A stretch of DNA of 64,000 nt from Promethearchaeota archaeon. Lineage in GTDB: Archaea > Asgardarchaeota > Lokiarchaeia > Sigyniarchaeales > SOKP01. The stretch covers positions 50,251 through 114,250 of the forward strand of contig JAEOTR010000041.1 in the NCBI GenBank assembly GCA_016839705.1, in the 5' to 3' direction. The notes under the pieces are model-generated. The model ran no database searches and was not told the DNA's origin. It saw only the letters and a list, made by a program, of their open reading frames with translations. Shown here in pieces: positions 38,051-48,630 of this stretch (its first letter is position 1; the number at the start of each line of letters is the position of its first letter). Position numbers and translations under genes: made by a program.

Positions 38051-39307
38051 TTACTCAACCTCCAATAATCCATCCCAGAGAGTTCCATGAAGTATATCTT
38101 TCGGAAGCTCTCCGGTTTCATTTAATTTAACTAACATTTTTAATTGGTTTTTTTGGTGCTCCACGGAAACCTCTCTTCCACCTAATCCATTAATGATTGG
38201 CAATACCTTCGCAGTTTCCTTAATACCATGTAAAGCAGCTTTGACTTCACAACTAACTGGACCTCCTGTTTGAGATCCAAATGCAGTTGCTCTATCAATA
38301 ATCCCTATTAAATCAACCTTTTTAACAACATTTATGATGTCTTCAACAGGAAAAGGACGAAAATGTCTCAACTTTACCATCCCTACCTTGTAACCTTCTT
38401 CTCGTACTTCATCAATAGCTTGTTCCATTTGTAATGCGAGATCACCATAAGCCATAACCGCTACATCAGCGTCATTTATTTTATACTCTTGAATTAATCC
38501 ATTCCCATAATTTCTCCCAAAAACTTTTTCAAACTCTTTAGTGGCATTTCTAATTTTTTCTTTTGCTTGAATGTGAGCATCATGAATTTTCATTCTAAAT
38601 TCATAATAAAAGCCTGAGGGCATAATCAAATTTCCGAACATCATTGGTCTTTTAGGATCCATCCATATATGAGGCCATCCCTCTTCCGCTGGTAAGGAAG
38701 GCAAATATTCATTAACAAGATCTTGGTCTTCTATGATTACTGGTTTTGAAGTGTGAGACAGAATAAAACCCCCATAGGCAATAAATTTTGGAAGCAATAT
38801 CTCGTGATCTTCACACACTTTGTACGACATCAATATTTCATCATAAATTTCTTGATGAGAGGCACAAAATGAACTCATCCATCCTGTGTCTCGTTGACTT
38901 AATACATCAGTAAAATCCGCCCAAATGTTCCAAGGAGGTGCTGGACCTCTTGAAGCAATCGCAACAACAATTGGAAGTCTCGCTCCAGCAGCCCAGTGAA
39001 TCATTTCATGGGCATAAAATATACCTTGACCAGAGGTAGCAGTGAATGTTCTCGTCCCCGCTTTACTAGCACCTATAACCGCGGCAAAAACGCTATGCTC
39101 GGATTCGACCTTAATAAATTGAGTTCCCGGCATTTCTCTATTATCCGCAAATTCAGATAATTTTTCTACAACAGTTGTTTGAGGGGTTATTGGATATGCA
39201 CTGATTACTTGAACTCGTGCTGATTTTGCAGCATAAGCTGCCGCTACATTTCCTTTAATTATTTTAGTTTCTCTTTCTTGAATAAAATCTTGTTGGGTTT
39301 CAACCAT
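38051..39307 (-). CDS. porA: 2-oxoacid:ferredoxin oxidoreductase alpha subunit
   Basis: AYPITPQT, VESEHS, TATSGQG, FRPFP, GLGGR. Confidence 0.9.
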   Translation of the reverse strand: MVETQQDFIQERETKIIKGNVAAAYAAKSARVQVISAYPITPQTTVVEKLSEFADNREMPGTQFIKVESEHSVFAAVIGASKAGTRTFTATSGQGIFYAHEMIHWAAGARLPIVVAIASRGPAPPWNIWADFTDVLSQRDTGWMSSFCASHQEIYDEILMSYKVCEDHEILLPKFIAYGGFILSHTSKPVIIEDQDLVNEYLPSLPAEEGWPHIWMDPKRPMMFGNLIMPSGFYYEFRMKIHDAHIQAKEKIRNATKEFEKVFGRNYGNGLIQEYKINDADVAVMAYGDLALQMEQAIDEVREEGYKVGMVKLRHFRPFPVEDIINVVKKVDLIGIIDRATAFGSQTGGPVSCEVKAALHGIKETAKVLPIINGLGGREVSVEHQKNQLKMLVKLNETGELPKDILHGTLWDGLLEVE

Positions 39308-39653
39308 CGTTTAAATCACACTCTCTAATCATTTCAATTGAATTTGATGGACATTCTTTAGCACAGATTCCGCAACCTTTACAGTATTCAAGCTCAATTT
39401 CAAATGTACCATCTTCTTTCCTTTTAACAACCCCTTCAGGGCAATACATCCAACAAATACCACATTGATTACATCCTTCCTTGATTATGGGTCTAAAAGT
39501 TCTCCAATCACCTGTTGAGCCGATACTCCCTTCTATAGGTAATGAAATGGGGATTGGGGGTAATTCTTTCCAATTTTTATATTCTTGAACTTTAGGACGT
39601 TCCTTTACTGATTTATTAATTTTTTTCCAATTTTTTGATTTAGATTTTGACAT
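39300..39653 (-). CDS. porD: 2-oxoacid:ferredoxin oxidoreductase delta subunit
   Basis: TGDWRTFRP, CNQCGIC..YCP, YCKGCGICAKECP. Confidence 0.9.
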   Translation of the reverse strand: MSKSKSKNWKKINKSVKERPKVQEYKNWKELPPIPISLPIEGSIGSTGDWRTFRPIIKEGCNQCGICWMYCPEGVVKRKEDGTFEIELEYCKGCGICAKECPSNSIEMIRECDLNDG

Positions 39654-39654
39654 A

Positions 39655-40233
39655 TTAACTCTCTCTAACTGTCTCATAAGCATCTTTAGCGACGCTCATA
39701 TTCTTTTCTACTCTACTATCTCCAAATTCTTTTTTGATAACTTTTTCCATAATTTTTAAATCATAATACCCAGTGACTTTACCGAAAGCCCCTAACATAG
39801 GAATGTTTAAAATAGGACCACTAGAATGCATAAATTCTCTTTTAATGCAAATACCTGTAGCATCAACAATAAAAATCTTTATATTTTTTGGTAATCCATT
39901 AGTATCTATTGGATTAGGGCTATTTACAATGAGTGTAACTCCCTCCTTTATAGTGTCCTTAATTCTTGGTACATCCAATAGTGATACATCAAATAATAGA
40001 AAGTAATCAGGATTTACTACACTATCATAAGTTTTAATTGGTTTTTTCATTGAAATTTTTGCAAATGCTTGTATTGGGGCACCTCTTCTTTCTGCTCCGA
40101 TGATGGGAATAGCTATTGTATCTTTAAAACCTTTTTCAAATGCCATTTCTGCCAATAATTGACTTGCTGTTATACAAGTTTGACCCCCTCTACAATGCAT
40201 TGAAATTTCCACAATTTTTTCATCGTTCGACAA
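39655..40233 (-). CDS. porG: 2-oxoacid:ferredoxin oxidoreductase gamma subunit
   Basis: HCRGGQ, GAERRGAP, VDATGI, NIPMLGA. Confidence 0.9.
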   Translation of the reverse strand: MSNDEKIVEISMHCRGGQTCITASQLLAEMAFEKGFKDTIAIPIIGAERRGAPIQAFAKISMKKPIKTYDSVVNPDYFLLFDVSLLDVPRIKDTIKEGVTLIVNSPNPIDTNGLPKNIKIFIVDATGICIKREFMHSSGPILNIPMLGAFGKVTGYYDLKIMEKVIKKEFGDSRVEKNMSVAKDAYETVRES

Positions 40234-40463
40234 TTTTTTTTCAGCTTCCTACGGTTTTTCTGGAGTAAACTATACTTATTTCATTATTTCTTTAAAAATA
40301 GAGATCAATAAAAAATTTTCGAAATAAATTTATAATCTGTAGGGTTTTTATGGTAATATTTCATTTACCCGAATATTTTAACCCAAAAGGAACAAAAATG
40401 ATGGTAATTTTATTTAATAATCAGACTAACTTTTAACTTATAGATACATCAGAAGTAGTCACT

Positions 40464-41015
40464 ATGACACAAGAAGAATTTTCAATCAAATGTCCTGCTT
40501 GTGAACAAGGAATTATTGTTATCAGCAAAACTATGTATGATTTGCCGGATAAGGACAAAATGCTCATTTTGAAATTTGAATGTGATAAATGTAGTTTTTT
40601 CAAAAATGATATTATCCCTCTTACGACAAATATGGATTCTGGGGTAATGACTCTTGAAATTACAAATGAAGCAGATCTCAAATCAAAAATATACCGCTCT
40701 CCTATGGGGAAATTGGAAATCCCTGAGCTTGAGCTAGAGGTAGAACCAGGTCCGAGAGCAGATTTCTACTACACTAATGTAGAAGGCATACTACTTCGTT
40801 TTGAAAATGCAGTTTCAATTTATAGGAACAATCTCGAGGAAGATGATCAACAAATTGTTGAAATTGAGAAACTTCAAAATGATCTGAAAAAGGCAATGAA
40901 AGGAAAATTAAAATTTACTTTAATAATTACTGATACTCAAGGAGGGAGTTATATAATTCCACAGGATAAATCAAAATACACATTTGAAAAATTAATGAAA
41001 AACGATTTAGAATAA
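40464..41015 (+). CDS. ZPR1 zinc finger protein
   Basis: CPAC...CDKC, IPELELEVEPG, TNVEG.L, D..GGSYI. Confidence 0.9.
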   Translation: MTQEEFSIKCPACEQGIIVISKTMYDLPDKDKMLILKFECDKCSFFKNDIIPLTTNMDSGVMTLEITNEADLKSKIYRSPMGKLEIPELELEVEPGPRADFYYTNVEGILLRFENAVSIYRNNLEEDDQQIVEIEKLQNDLKKAMKGKLKFTLIITDTQGGSYIIPQDKSKYTFEKLMKNDLE

Positions 41016-41072
41016 ATATAAAAAATGATTTTATCATAATGTTTTATTAAATTAAATCAACTCTGAAATATT

Positions 41073-42236
41073 GTGAAAGTGATGGGAGATCAAATAAAAA
41101 GAATTGGAATCTTAACCGGTGGTGGGGATTGTCCAGGTTTGAATTCAGTAATCTATGGAATTATGCTCAAAGCTTATGACGCGGGTATTGAATGTATTGG
41201 GATTTTAAAAGGTTGGAAAGGTTTTATTGAAAACCTTACCATACCCTTGAACATAGCTGACCATGATGACCTACATACTGTGGGTGGGACCATTCTATAT
41301 ACAAGTAGAACAAATCCTTTCAAAACAAATTCATCAAAAGAACAGGTCGCCAAGGATCTAGCTAGTAAATTTGAAGAACTTGGAATTGATGCTTTAGTTG
41401 CAATAGGGGGCGATGACACACTCGGGGTTGCTGATGCTTTATATAAATATGCCGATGCAAAAGTGGTAGGCGTGCCAAAAACCATTGATAATGACTTAAA
41501 AGGAACACATTATACGTTTGGATTTTGGAGTGCTGTTCAATTGGCATCAAATTCAATGGATAATTTAACAACAACAGCAAGATCTCACCAAAGAGTCTTT
41601 GTTGTGGAAATTATGGGTCGAGATGCAGGATTTCTTACAATGTATAGTGGTATATCTGCTGGAGCCGATATTATTTTGATCCCTGAAACTCCATTTGACT
41701 TAGAGAAAGATATTATTGAAGTGTTAAAAAATCGAGTAAAATCAGGTTATAAACACCATATAATTGCAGTTTCAGAGGGTGCTTATCCCGAAGCTGAATC
41801 GTTAAAAAACGATTTTAAAACGATTTCACAAGATACTATTAATAAATTACCCAAAGATACGTTTGGAAATCCTTTACTTACTCATTTGAAAATCTCGCAA
41901 ATAATTGTAGAAGAATTGAATTTAAGAGATGACCTAAAACAAGAATTCAATAAGAATGGAGTAGATTATGAGTGTAGAAGTGTTATTCTTGGTCATACTA
42001 TGAGAGCTGGAACACCAAACTCATTCGATAGAATTTTAGGATTAAGATTTGGATTAGCAGCTATGAAGTTAATAATAGAATCTAAATTTGGGAATATGGT
42101 CTCACTTCAAGGCAATAAAATGGAAACAGTTCCTCTCTCAGAAGGAGTAAAAAAGAAATATATTACCCCCGATAATGATAAAATGGAATTAAGAGATTTG
42201 CTAGTGAAAATTAGGTATCTCTCTAAACAAAAGTAA
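41073..42236 (+). CDS. pfp: PfkA-family 6-phosphofructokinase, PPi-type signature
   Basis: LTGGGDCPGLN, GGDDT, PKTIDND, EIMGRDAG. Confidence 0.85.
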   Translation: MKVMGDQIKRIGILTGGGDCPGLNSVIYGIMLKAYDAGIECIGILKGWKGFIENLTIPLNIADHDDLHTVGGTILYTSRTNPFKTNSSKEQVAKDLASKFEELGIDALVAIGGDDTLGVADALYKYADAKVVGVPKTIDNDLKGTHYTFGFWSAVQLASNSMDNLTTTARSHQRVFVVEIMGRDAGFLTMYSGISAGADIILIPETPFDLEKDIIEVLKNRVKSGYKHHIIAVSEGAYPEAESLKNDFKTISQDTINKLPKDTFGNPLLTHLKISQIIVEELNLRDDLKQEFNKNGVDYECRSVILGHTMRAGTPNSFDRILGLRFGLAAMKLIIESKFGNMVSLQGNKMETVPLSEGVKKKYITPDNDKMELRDLLVKIRYLSKQK

Positions 42237-42254
42237 GACTAATCTTCTCACACT

Positions 42255-43508
42255 CTAGCCAAAATGTTTTTCTTCTTCGGCATCTGAGTCTAATGCATCT
42301 TGCTCTACGTCACGACCTAACCATTTATCACTTAAAATCTCTTTATAATACTCATGCTGGATTATCAAATTCATGATTTCAGTTGTACCCGTCCATATTT
42401 CACCTAATCTCGCATCTCGTAATAACCGTTCAATTGGATAGACCGTAGTATAACCGATACCCCCCATGATCTGCATAGCATTATTAATAACTTTCCAGCA
42501 AGCTTTTGTTGAAAACTTCTTTGATTCGGAAACCAATCTTCTCTGTAGAGATGCTGGAGCCTCAGCATCAATACTCTTTGCAGTATTGTAAACCATCGCT
42601 CTAACAGCATCTAAAAGTGTAATGCTATCAGAAATTTTAAAGCTGACTCCTTGAAAATTTTTAATAGTTTGCCCAAAAGCTTTTCTTTTAGTGCTATATT
42701 TAGTAGCAATCCTAAGACAAGCTCTAGCAAGTCCAATAAAACCAGAAGCGGTAGTTAACCTTTCTGGGACCATCATTTGATAGAAAATCTGTCCTCCCGC
42801 ACCTTCTTTAAGAAGAATATTCTCTTGGGGGACTTCCACATCCTTAAATCGTATACGTCCCGCTCCTCCCCCACGAGTGCCTAGCAATCCAAAGAGATAT
42901 TCTACTTTGATATCCTCATTTCTATCTACGATAAATAAACTTAGGGAGTTTCGTGGATCTATATCTGGATTTAAAATTGTTTTTGCATAAACCAATAAGA
43001 AATCAGCGCCTTCTGCTCCTACCACAAACCGTTTTTCCCCGTTTAAGATATAATTGTCTCCCTTCTTTTCCGCTGTACAAGTGGCTCCAAAAAAATCAGA
43101 ACCACCTCTTGGCTCAGTTAAAGCTTCAGCGGTACACTTTTTCCCTTCACACATTGGTTTGAGATATTTTCGTTTCTGGTCTTCTGTCCCAAATTTATTA
43201 AGAGCTTCTCCACAAATACTTGGTAATGAAAATAAACATGCCAGAGAACTCCCTAATTCCCCAATTTCTTCTAGAGCAATAACTTCACTCTCCCAATTTA
43301 ATCCACGACCTCCATATTCTTTGGGGAATCTTACTCCTATTAAATTTTGCTTTGCTAAAGCCTTTAAATACTCAGTAGGGTATTGGATCTCATCTTTATC
43401 TAATTTTTTTAATAGTGAGGGAGGAACAGCATTTTTTACAAATTCACGAACCTCTTCTCTAAATTTTCTATTTTCTTCACTCAATAAGTAGTCATACATG
43501 TTCTTCAC
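42255..43508 (-). CDS. acyl-CoA dehydrogenase
   Basis: [38 protein letters not shown]. Confidence 0.93.
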   Translation of the reverse strand: MKNMYDYLLSEENRKFREEVREFVKNAVPPSLLKKLDKDEIQYPTEYLKALAKQNLIGVRFPKEYGGRGLNWESEVIALEEIGELGSSLACLFSLPSICGEALNKFGTEDQKRKYLKPMCEGKKCTAEALTEPRGGSDFFGATCTAEKKGDNYILNGEKRFVVGAEGADFLLVYAKTILNPDIDPRNSLSLFIVDRNEDIKVEYLFGLLGTRGGGAGRIRFKDVEVPQENILLKEGAGGQIFYQMMVPERLTTASGFIGLARACLRIATKYSTKRKAFGQTIKNFQGVSFKISDSITLLDAVRAMVYNTAKSIDAEAPASLQRRLVSESKKFSTKACWKVINNAMQIMGGIGYTTVYPIERLLRDARLGEIWTGTTEIMNLIIQHEYYKEILSDKWLGRDVEQDALDSDAEEEKHFG

Positions 43509-43564
43509 TATTTAGGAATTTAACAAATATACTAAGGTTTGGTAGTATTAATTTTTTTTACAAC

Positions 43565-43588
43565 TTCGTGAAATCTATCTTTCACGAA
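43565..43588. promoter_or_regulatory. perfect 9-bp inverted repeat in a divergent promoter region
   Basis: TTCGTGAAA-tctatc-TTTCACGAA. Confidence 0.5.
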
Positions 43589-43755
43589 AATTTTTTTAAA
43601 AAAATTTTCTAAAAATTCCCGTTTATTCAAACTTCAATTATAGTTCAACAATTTAATCTATAAATAGTAAAAATCATTATTTAAAACACATTAAAAACCT
43701 AAAAATATTATTATATAAAGACAATCTGTTTTAAGGGTTCACAGGTGACTTTATT

Positions 43756-45027
43756 ATACTCACAAAAATTAAACATATATATAATAGCTATCCTAATGCT
43801 TTTAAAGTGCTGACTCTTGCCACGTTCATTGACATGCTTGGATCTTTTTTATTATATCCTTTTTATGCACTGTATGTAACCGAGCATTTTGGGGTGGGTA
43901 TGACTCATGTAGGAATTTTATTTTCAATTTTCTCGGTAGGAAATATATTTGGCGGTATAATCGGAGGTGCATTAGCCGACAAATATGGACGTCGTTTGAT
44001 GGTCCTGATAGGGTTGATTACAAGCGGAGTTGGAAGTATTTTTCTAGGATTCATCAATGAACTGAATTTATTTTTTATTTTTTCCGCATTATTAGGTTTG
44101 GTTGGCGCCTTTGGACGTCCTGCTCGACAAGCGATGGTGGCTGATCTACTTCCTGAGGGAAAACAAGCAGAAGGATTTGGAATACTACGTGTAGCTTTCA
44201 ATATTTCAGCTACAATCGGACCTATCCTTGGTGGATTTTTAGCCACCCAATCTTATATGTCTTTATTTATCGCAGATGCAGTGAGTAGTATAATTACGGC
44301 TATAATCGTATATCTCGTCATTCCGGAAACAAAACCTCAAACACATGATGATAAATCTGAAGAAACAGTAATGAAAACAATTATTGGATACAAAGAGGTG
44401 TTAAAGGACGGAACTTTTATTGTATTTATCTCTGTGTCTGCTCTTATGGTATTAGTATATATGCAAATGAATAGTACTTTGTCAGTATTCTTGCGGGATG
44501 TTCATGAATTTCCCGTGCAGAATTTTAGCTTATTATTAAGTATGAATGCGCTTATGGTGGTAGTATTTCAATTCTGGATAGCCAGAAAGATTTCAAAATA
44601 TGCTCCTATGAAGATGATGGCTTTTGGGACTCTTTTTTATATGGTTGGTTTTGGTATGTATGGTTTTGTTGCTGAGTCATATCTGTTTTTCATCGCTATG
44701 GCGATTATCACCATAGGCGAGATGATTGTGACACCTGTTGGACAAGCTGCGGCAGCTTCTTTTGCTCCTGAAGATAAACGAGGACGATACATGGCGGTTT
44801 ACAGTTTCCAGTGGACGATTCCTAATCTTTTTGGGATTCTAGTCGCTGGATTAGTTATGGAAAATCTTGGACCAAACTGGGTGTGGTATTTGGCGGGGAT
44901 CCTGAGTCTAATTTCAGTTGTAGGTTTTTGGTTACTTAATGTTGCTACAAAAAATCGCTTATTAAAAGAAGAGAAATCTTTGGATGAAGAAGACAAACTA
45001 ACTACTCTACCTCAAATACAATCTTAA
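43756..45027 (+). CDS. MFS transporter (probable ATA or ATT start upstream of GTG 43807)
   Basis: GALADKYGRR motif A, about 12 TM segments, APEDKRGRY. Confidence 0.9.
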   Translation: MLTKIKHIYNSYPNAFKVLTLATFIDMLGSFLLYPFYALYVTEHFGVGMTHVGILFSIFSVGNIFGGIIGGALADKYGRRLMVLIGLITSGVGSIFLGFINELNLFFIFSALLGLVGAFGRPARQAMVADLLPEGKQAEGFGILRVAFNISATIGPILGGFLATQSYMSLFIADAVSSIITAIIVYLVIPETKPQTHDDKSEETVMKTIIGYKEVLKDGTFIVFISVSALMVLVYMQMNSTLSVFLRDVHEFPVQNFSLLLSMNALMVVVFQFWIARKISKYAPMKMMAFGTLFYMVGFGMYGFVAESYLFFIAMAIITIGEMIVTPVGQAAAASFAPEDKRGRYMAVYSFQWTIPNLFGILVAGLVMENLGPNWVWYLAGILSLISVVGFWLLNVATKNRLLKEEKSLDEEDKLTTLPQIQS

Positions 45028-46150
45028 GATATTCATATTTAGAATTAAGTAATTTCAGAACATTTCCTGCAAATAACCTTAAATTTCGGACATGAAGAGG
45101 TTTTTCATCTTTTTGTTCTAGGAAGAATTCATGTAGCATATTTCTGGTTGCATCTGGACCATTTTTTTCGAGATATTGCATCCAGTGGATTGAGGTTCTA
45201 CAGATTTTTTCTAATTCTTCATCAGGATATTCATTTTTATCAAGAATTTTATTATGATACTTATCTAAAGCATTGTTTATCCGTTCTAAGTGATCAGCAA
45301 TACCTAATGAATAGCGACATAAACTAATTAAATTGGAAGTAATTCTAGAGTTTCTTGTGTTAGTGGCTGCTTCAAATGATTCCCAGACATCATTCCACTC
45401 ATCTTTATTTCTACCATTTAAACCATTATTAAAGAGCGCAACATTAATTATATCACTTAAATCAACATCATGCCCTCTTTTTAACTTCTTATTAAAAATC
45501 TCTTTTAATCTTGTTCCTTCCAGATAGCTTCCAGCACCAAAATCAAGTAATTGATTTAAATTATTTGCAGCACAAAGTGCTTCATATCTAGTTTCCCCTG
45601 TATCTGGGTTAACCCATGAAACCCTCTTCTCGAATTCTCCCGTTTCTTTGTTTTTAATCCAACCGCATTCTTTTAGCGCATGGTCTAAAACACTTATCTG
45701 AAAGCACCAAAAGTCGATATCATCAGTAAAGCGTTTTCTTCTCCAATCTCGGGATGTGTATTTGCCCAGGTAAAGCTTTAAAGTACCTCGCACCATAGCC
45801 TTTTTACCTTCCTTTAAAGCTTTTTTAGCATTGTCACAATATGGATTACTTGAATCATTTGAACAAGCAACAATATGGTTTAGAACATCTCTAGCTTCGG
45901 CAGCAACAATATCGCAAGGGATTTTCCCATCAGAGGGATAGGATCTTGAACCTCCATCTACAAACTTTTTAAATAACTCCAAGTCATCATCAGGAATGGT
46001 ATACCATGAATTGCTGAATAGCAATTTGCTGAATATATAATGCGTAAAACCATTTTCATCCACATTAGTTTTTTTAGTCAAAGGAGAAACATCTCTCAGT
46101 TTATCTCCTTTTTGAACAGCATCAGCTTTAGTATCCCAAATTGAAGTCAT
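45002..46150 (-). CDS. hypothetical protein with nucleotidyltransferase-like motifs
   Basis: RGTL...RFTDDIDFW and KKLKRGHDVDLSDI. Confidence 0.6.
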   Translation of the reverse strand: MTSIWDTKADAVQKGDKLRDVSPLTKKTNVDENGFTHYIFSKLLFSNSWYTIPDDDLELFKKFVDGGSRSYPSDGKIPCDIVAAEARDVLNHIVACSNDSSNPYCDNAKKALKEGKKAMVRGTLKLYLGKYTSRDWRRKRFTDDIDFWCFQISVLDHALKECGWIKNKETGEFEKRVSWVNPDTGETRYEALCAANNLNQLLDFGAGSYLEGTRLKEIFNKKLKRGHDVDLSDIINVALFNNGLNGRNKDEWNDVWESFEAATNTRNSRITSNLISLCRYSLGIADHLERINNALDKYHNKILDKNEYPDEELEKICRTSIHWMQYLEKNGPDATRNMLHEFFLEQKDEKPLHVRNLRLFAGNVLKLLNSKYEYLKIVFEVE

Positions 46151-46237
46151 ACGAGATAATATATTGCATGTAATTTTTAAAAATTATTAATTTAAAATAT
46201 AAAATCAATTAATAAGTATTGATTCTATTGATAATAT

Positions 46238-46918
46238 ATGAGTGATTTTTTTAATGTGAAATTATTTACGCCTTGGGATTCACTTAATTCAAAAAATCTA
46301 ACTCAAGTGAAGCTATTTTCATTACAAAATATTTTCAAATCATTTCCTGTAATAGAACCTCAGTTTTTTGATGATCTTCTCTCAAATTTGTATAAATTCA
46401 AACATTATTCATGGACTGAATGTATTAAAAGAATAGTTGGACCTTATGATGAAGATTATGATATCTCTAGCTTTAATTTTATTTGGGGTTATGATGACCA
46501 AAATCGGATATATCAATTCCTGTTTCAAAAAATCGAAGAAAAGGAGACGACTCAAGCAATATTGGCAGCTTTAGCACCACCAGAGCTAGGGAAATTATTT
46601 AAACAATATAAAGATGAAGCCATATTGCGTACATTGACTTTACTGAATAATCCAAAAAAAATGAAATTTGTAATGGTTTTAGCACCACAAGGAAAATCCA
46701 TTGCCGAAGAACAACAGTTACTTCAAGTGGGTAAAAAAGATCTGGAAAAATTGAAATTCAATGCCATGCTCAAGCAAATGCCTAACATAAAAGGACAGTG
46801 GTTTCCGGAGTATTCACCATGTTGTCCCAGTTGCAATAGGATTATCACAGAGATAAAAGGATTTAATGTTGGTCTTCTTAAATTAAAATGTCCTTATTGT
46901 GGGTATCAAACAAAGTAA
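46238..46918 (+). CDS. hypothetical protein with C-terminal zinc ribbon
   Basis: CPSC...CPYCG. Confidence 0.7.
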   Translation: MSDFFNVKLFTPWDSLNSKNLTQVKLFSLQNIFKSFPVIEPQFFDDLLSNLYKFKHYSWTECIKRIVGPYDEDYDISSFNFIWGYDDQNRIYQFLFQKIEEKETTQAILAALAPPELGKLFKQYKDEAILRTLTLLNNPKKMKFVMVLAPQGKSIAEEQQLLQVGKKDLEKLKFNAMLKQMPNIKGQWFPEYSPCCPSCNRIITEIKGFNVGLLKLKCPYCGYQTK

Positions 46919-47001
46919 GGTAAACTTTAATAAGAATTTTTATTCAATAATTCGCTCTATAATTTATTAATAGAACTAATAAATATGGAAGTAATTCAAT
47001 T

Positions 47002-48537
47002 TTGTATGTTACAGCTTTAGATTTAGGAACATCAGGGTGTAGAACATTTATTTTCGATTTAGCTGGGACAATTATTGCTAGCGATTACCAAGAATGGGAA
47101 AGCTACTTTCCTTCCCCATCATATGTTGAACAAGATGCAAATATCTGGTGGGATTCTATCAAAAAAACAATTGAACGAGCAATTATAAAAAGTGGAATTG
47201 ATAAAACGGATATTGTAAGCCTTTCTGTAACCAATCAACGTGAAACTATTGTTCCTGTTGATAAAGAGGGTAATCCACTTCATAATGCTTTAGTCTGGCA
47301 AGATAGACGTACGATTGATCAAGTAGAATTTATTGAGAAGGTAGTAGGAATCGATAAAATCTATGAAATTACTGGGCTAACAATTGATCCCTATTTTTCA
47401 GCGACAAAAATCCTGTGGTTCAAAGATGTAAAACCAGAAATTTACAAAAATACTCATAAATTTCTCCTTGTTTCAGATTTTATTATTCATAAATTAACCG
47501 GAAATTTCTATACCGATTTCTCAAATGCATCACGAACGATGCTATTTGATATAAATAAATTGCAATATTCTGATCAAATTGCTTCTGATTTAGGGATTGA
47601 CTTGGATAAAATGCCAGATGCTTTAGAGAGTGGAGTTGACATCGGAGAAATTAATACTAATGAGACAGTATTTGATAAAAAAACATTAGTTGTAACTGGT
47701 GCTGGAGATCAGCAATCTGCAGCATTAGGAGTTGGAGTTGTTTCTCCAGGAGAAATTAAATGCACCACGGGAACGGGGAGCTTTATTTTAGCTTATCAAT
47801 CACACCCTAAATTTGATCCTGAGAAAAGAGTCTTATGTAGTTGTCATGCCATTCCAGGTGCTTGGGTACAAGAAGCAAGTATTTTTACAACTGGGGCCGT
47901 GTTAAGGTGGTTTAGGGATCAAATTGGATATGCAGAATGTGCTGCGGCTCAAGAAGGTCAAGATCCTTATAATTTAATTACTGCTGAAGCAGAAAAATCA
48001 TCTATTGGTGCGAATGGTTTACTTCTCATTCCCCATTTTGTTGGTTCTGGAGCACCTCATTGGAATCCACTTGCGAAGGGGATTATTTTTGGATTAGCAT
48101 TAGGACATGAACGTAAGGATCTTTATAGAGCCGTGCTTGAGGGTGTAGCCTTCGAAATACGAAAAAACATTGAAGTTTTCAAAGATTTAGGAATCGAACC
48201 AAATGAACTAATGCTAACTGGTGGGGGTTCTCGTTCTGATTTATGGAATCAAATTATTACAGATGTACTAGGAATCACCTGTGTTAGAAATGTTATTGAA
48301 GAATCAACCTCCCTAGGAGCTGCAATATTAGCTGCTTCAGGGGCAGGAATATTTCCTGATATAGCAAAAGCAGCAGAAAATTTATGCAAAGTTGATAAAA
48401 AATGGATTCCCAATGATGATCGACACAAATTCTACCAAAAATATTATGACTTCTCTTATGAAATATATGAAGTGCTAAATAGCAAAAATCTATACAAGAA
48501 ATATAATGATATTATTCTACACAAAGATTTTGAGTAA
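47002..48537 (+). CDS. FGGY-family carbohydrate kinase (glycerol kinase/xylulokinase-like)
   Basis: DLGTSG, TNQRET, WQDRRT, SNASRT, GDQQ, GAPHW. Confidence 0.92.
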   Translation: MYVTALDLGTSGCRTFIFDLAGTIIASDYQEWESYFPSPSYVEQDANIWWDSIKKTIERAIIKSGIDKTDIVSLSVTNQRETIVPVDKEGNPLHNALVWQDRRTIDQVEFIEKVVGIDKIYEITGLTIDPYFSATKILWFKDVKPEIYKNTHKFLLVSDFIIHKLTGNFYTDFSNASRTMLFDINKLQYSDQIASDLGIDLDKMPDALESGVDIGEINTNETVFDKKTLVVTGAGDQQSAALGVGVVSPGEIKCTTGTGSFILAYQSHPKFDPEKRVLCSCHAIPGAWVQEASIFTTGAVLRWFRDQIGYAECAAAQEGQDPYNLITAEAEKSSIGANGLLLIPHFVGSGAPHWNPLAKGIIFGLALGHERKDLYRAVLEGVAFEIRKNIEVFKDLGIEPNELMLTGGGSRSDLWNQIITDVLGITCVRNVIEESTSLGAAILAASGAGIFPDIAKAAENLCKVDKKWIPNDDRHKFYQKYYDFSYEIYEVLNSKNLYKKYNDIILHKDFE

Positions 48538-48630
48538 GTTCAGAAATTATCTCATAATAATCAATTTTATATATTTTAAATGTTATTCTTTCTTTAATTA
48601 AAACTACTTTCAGAGCAGAAAAAGAAAGAA

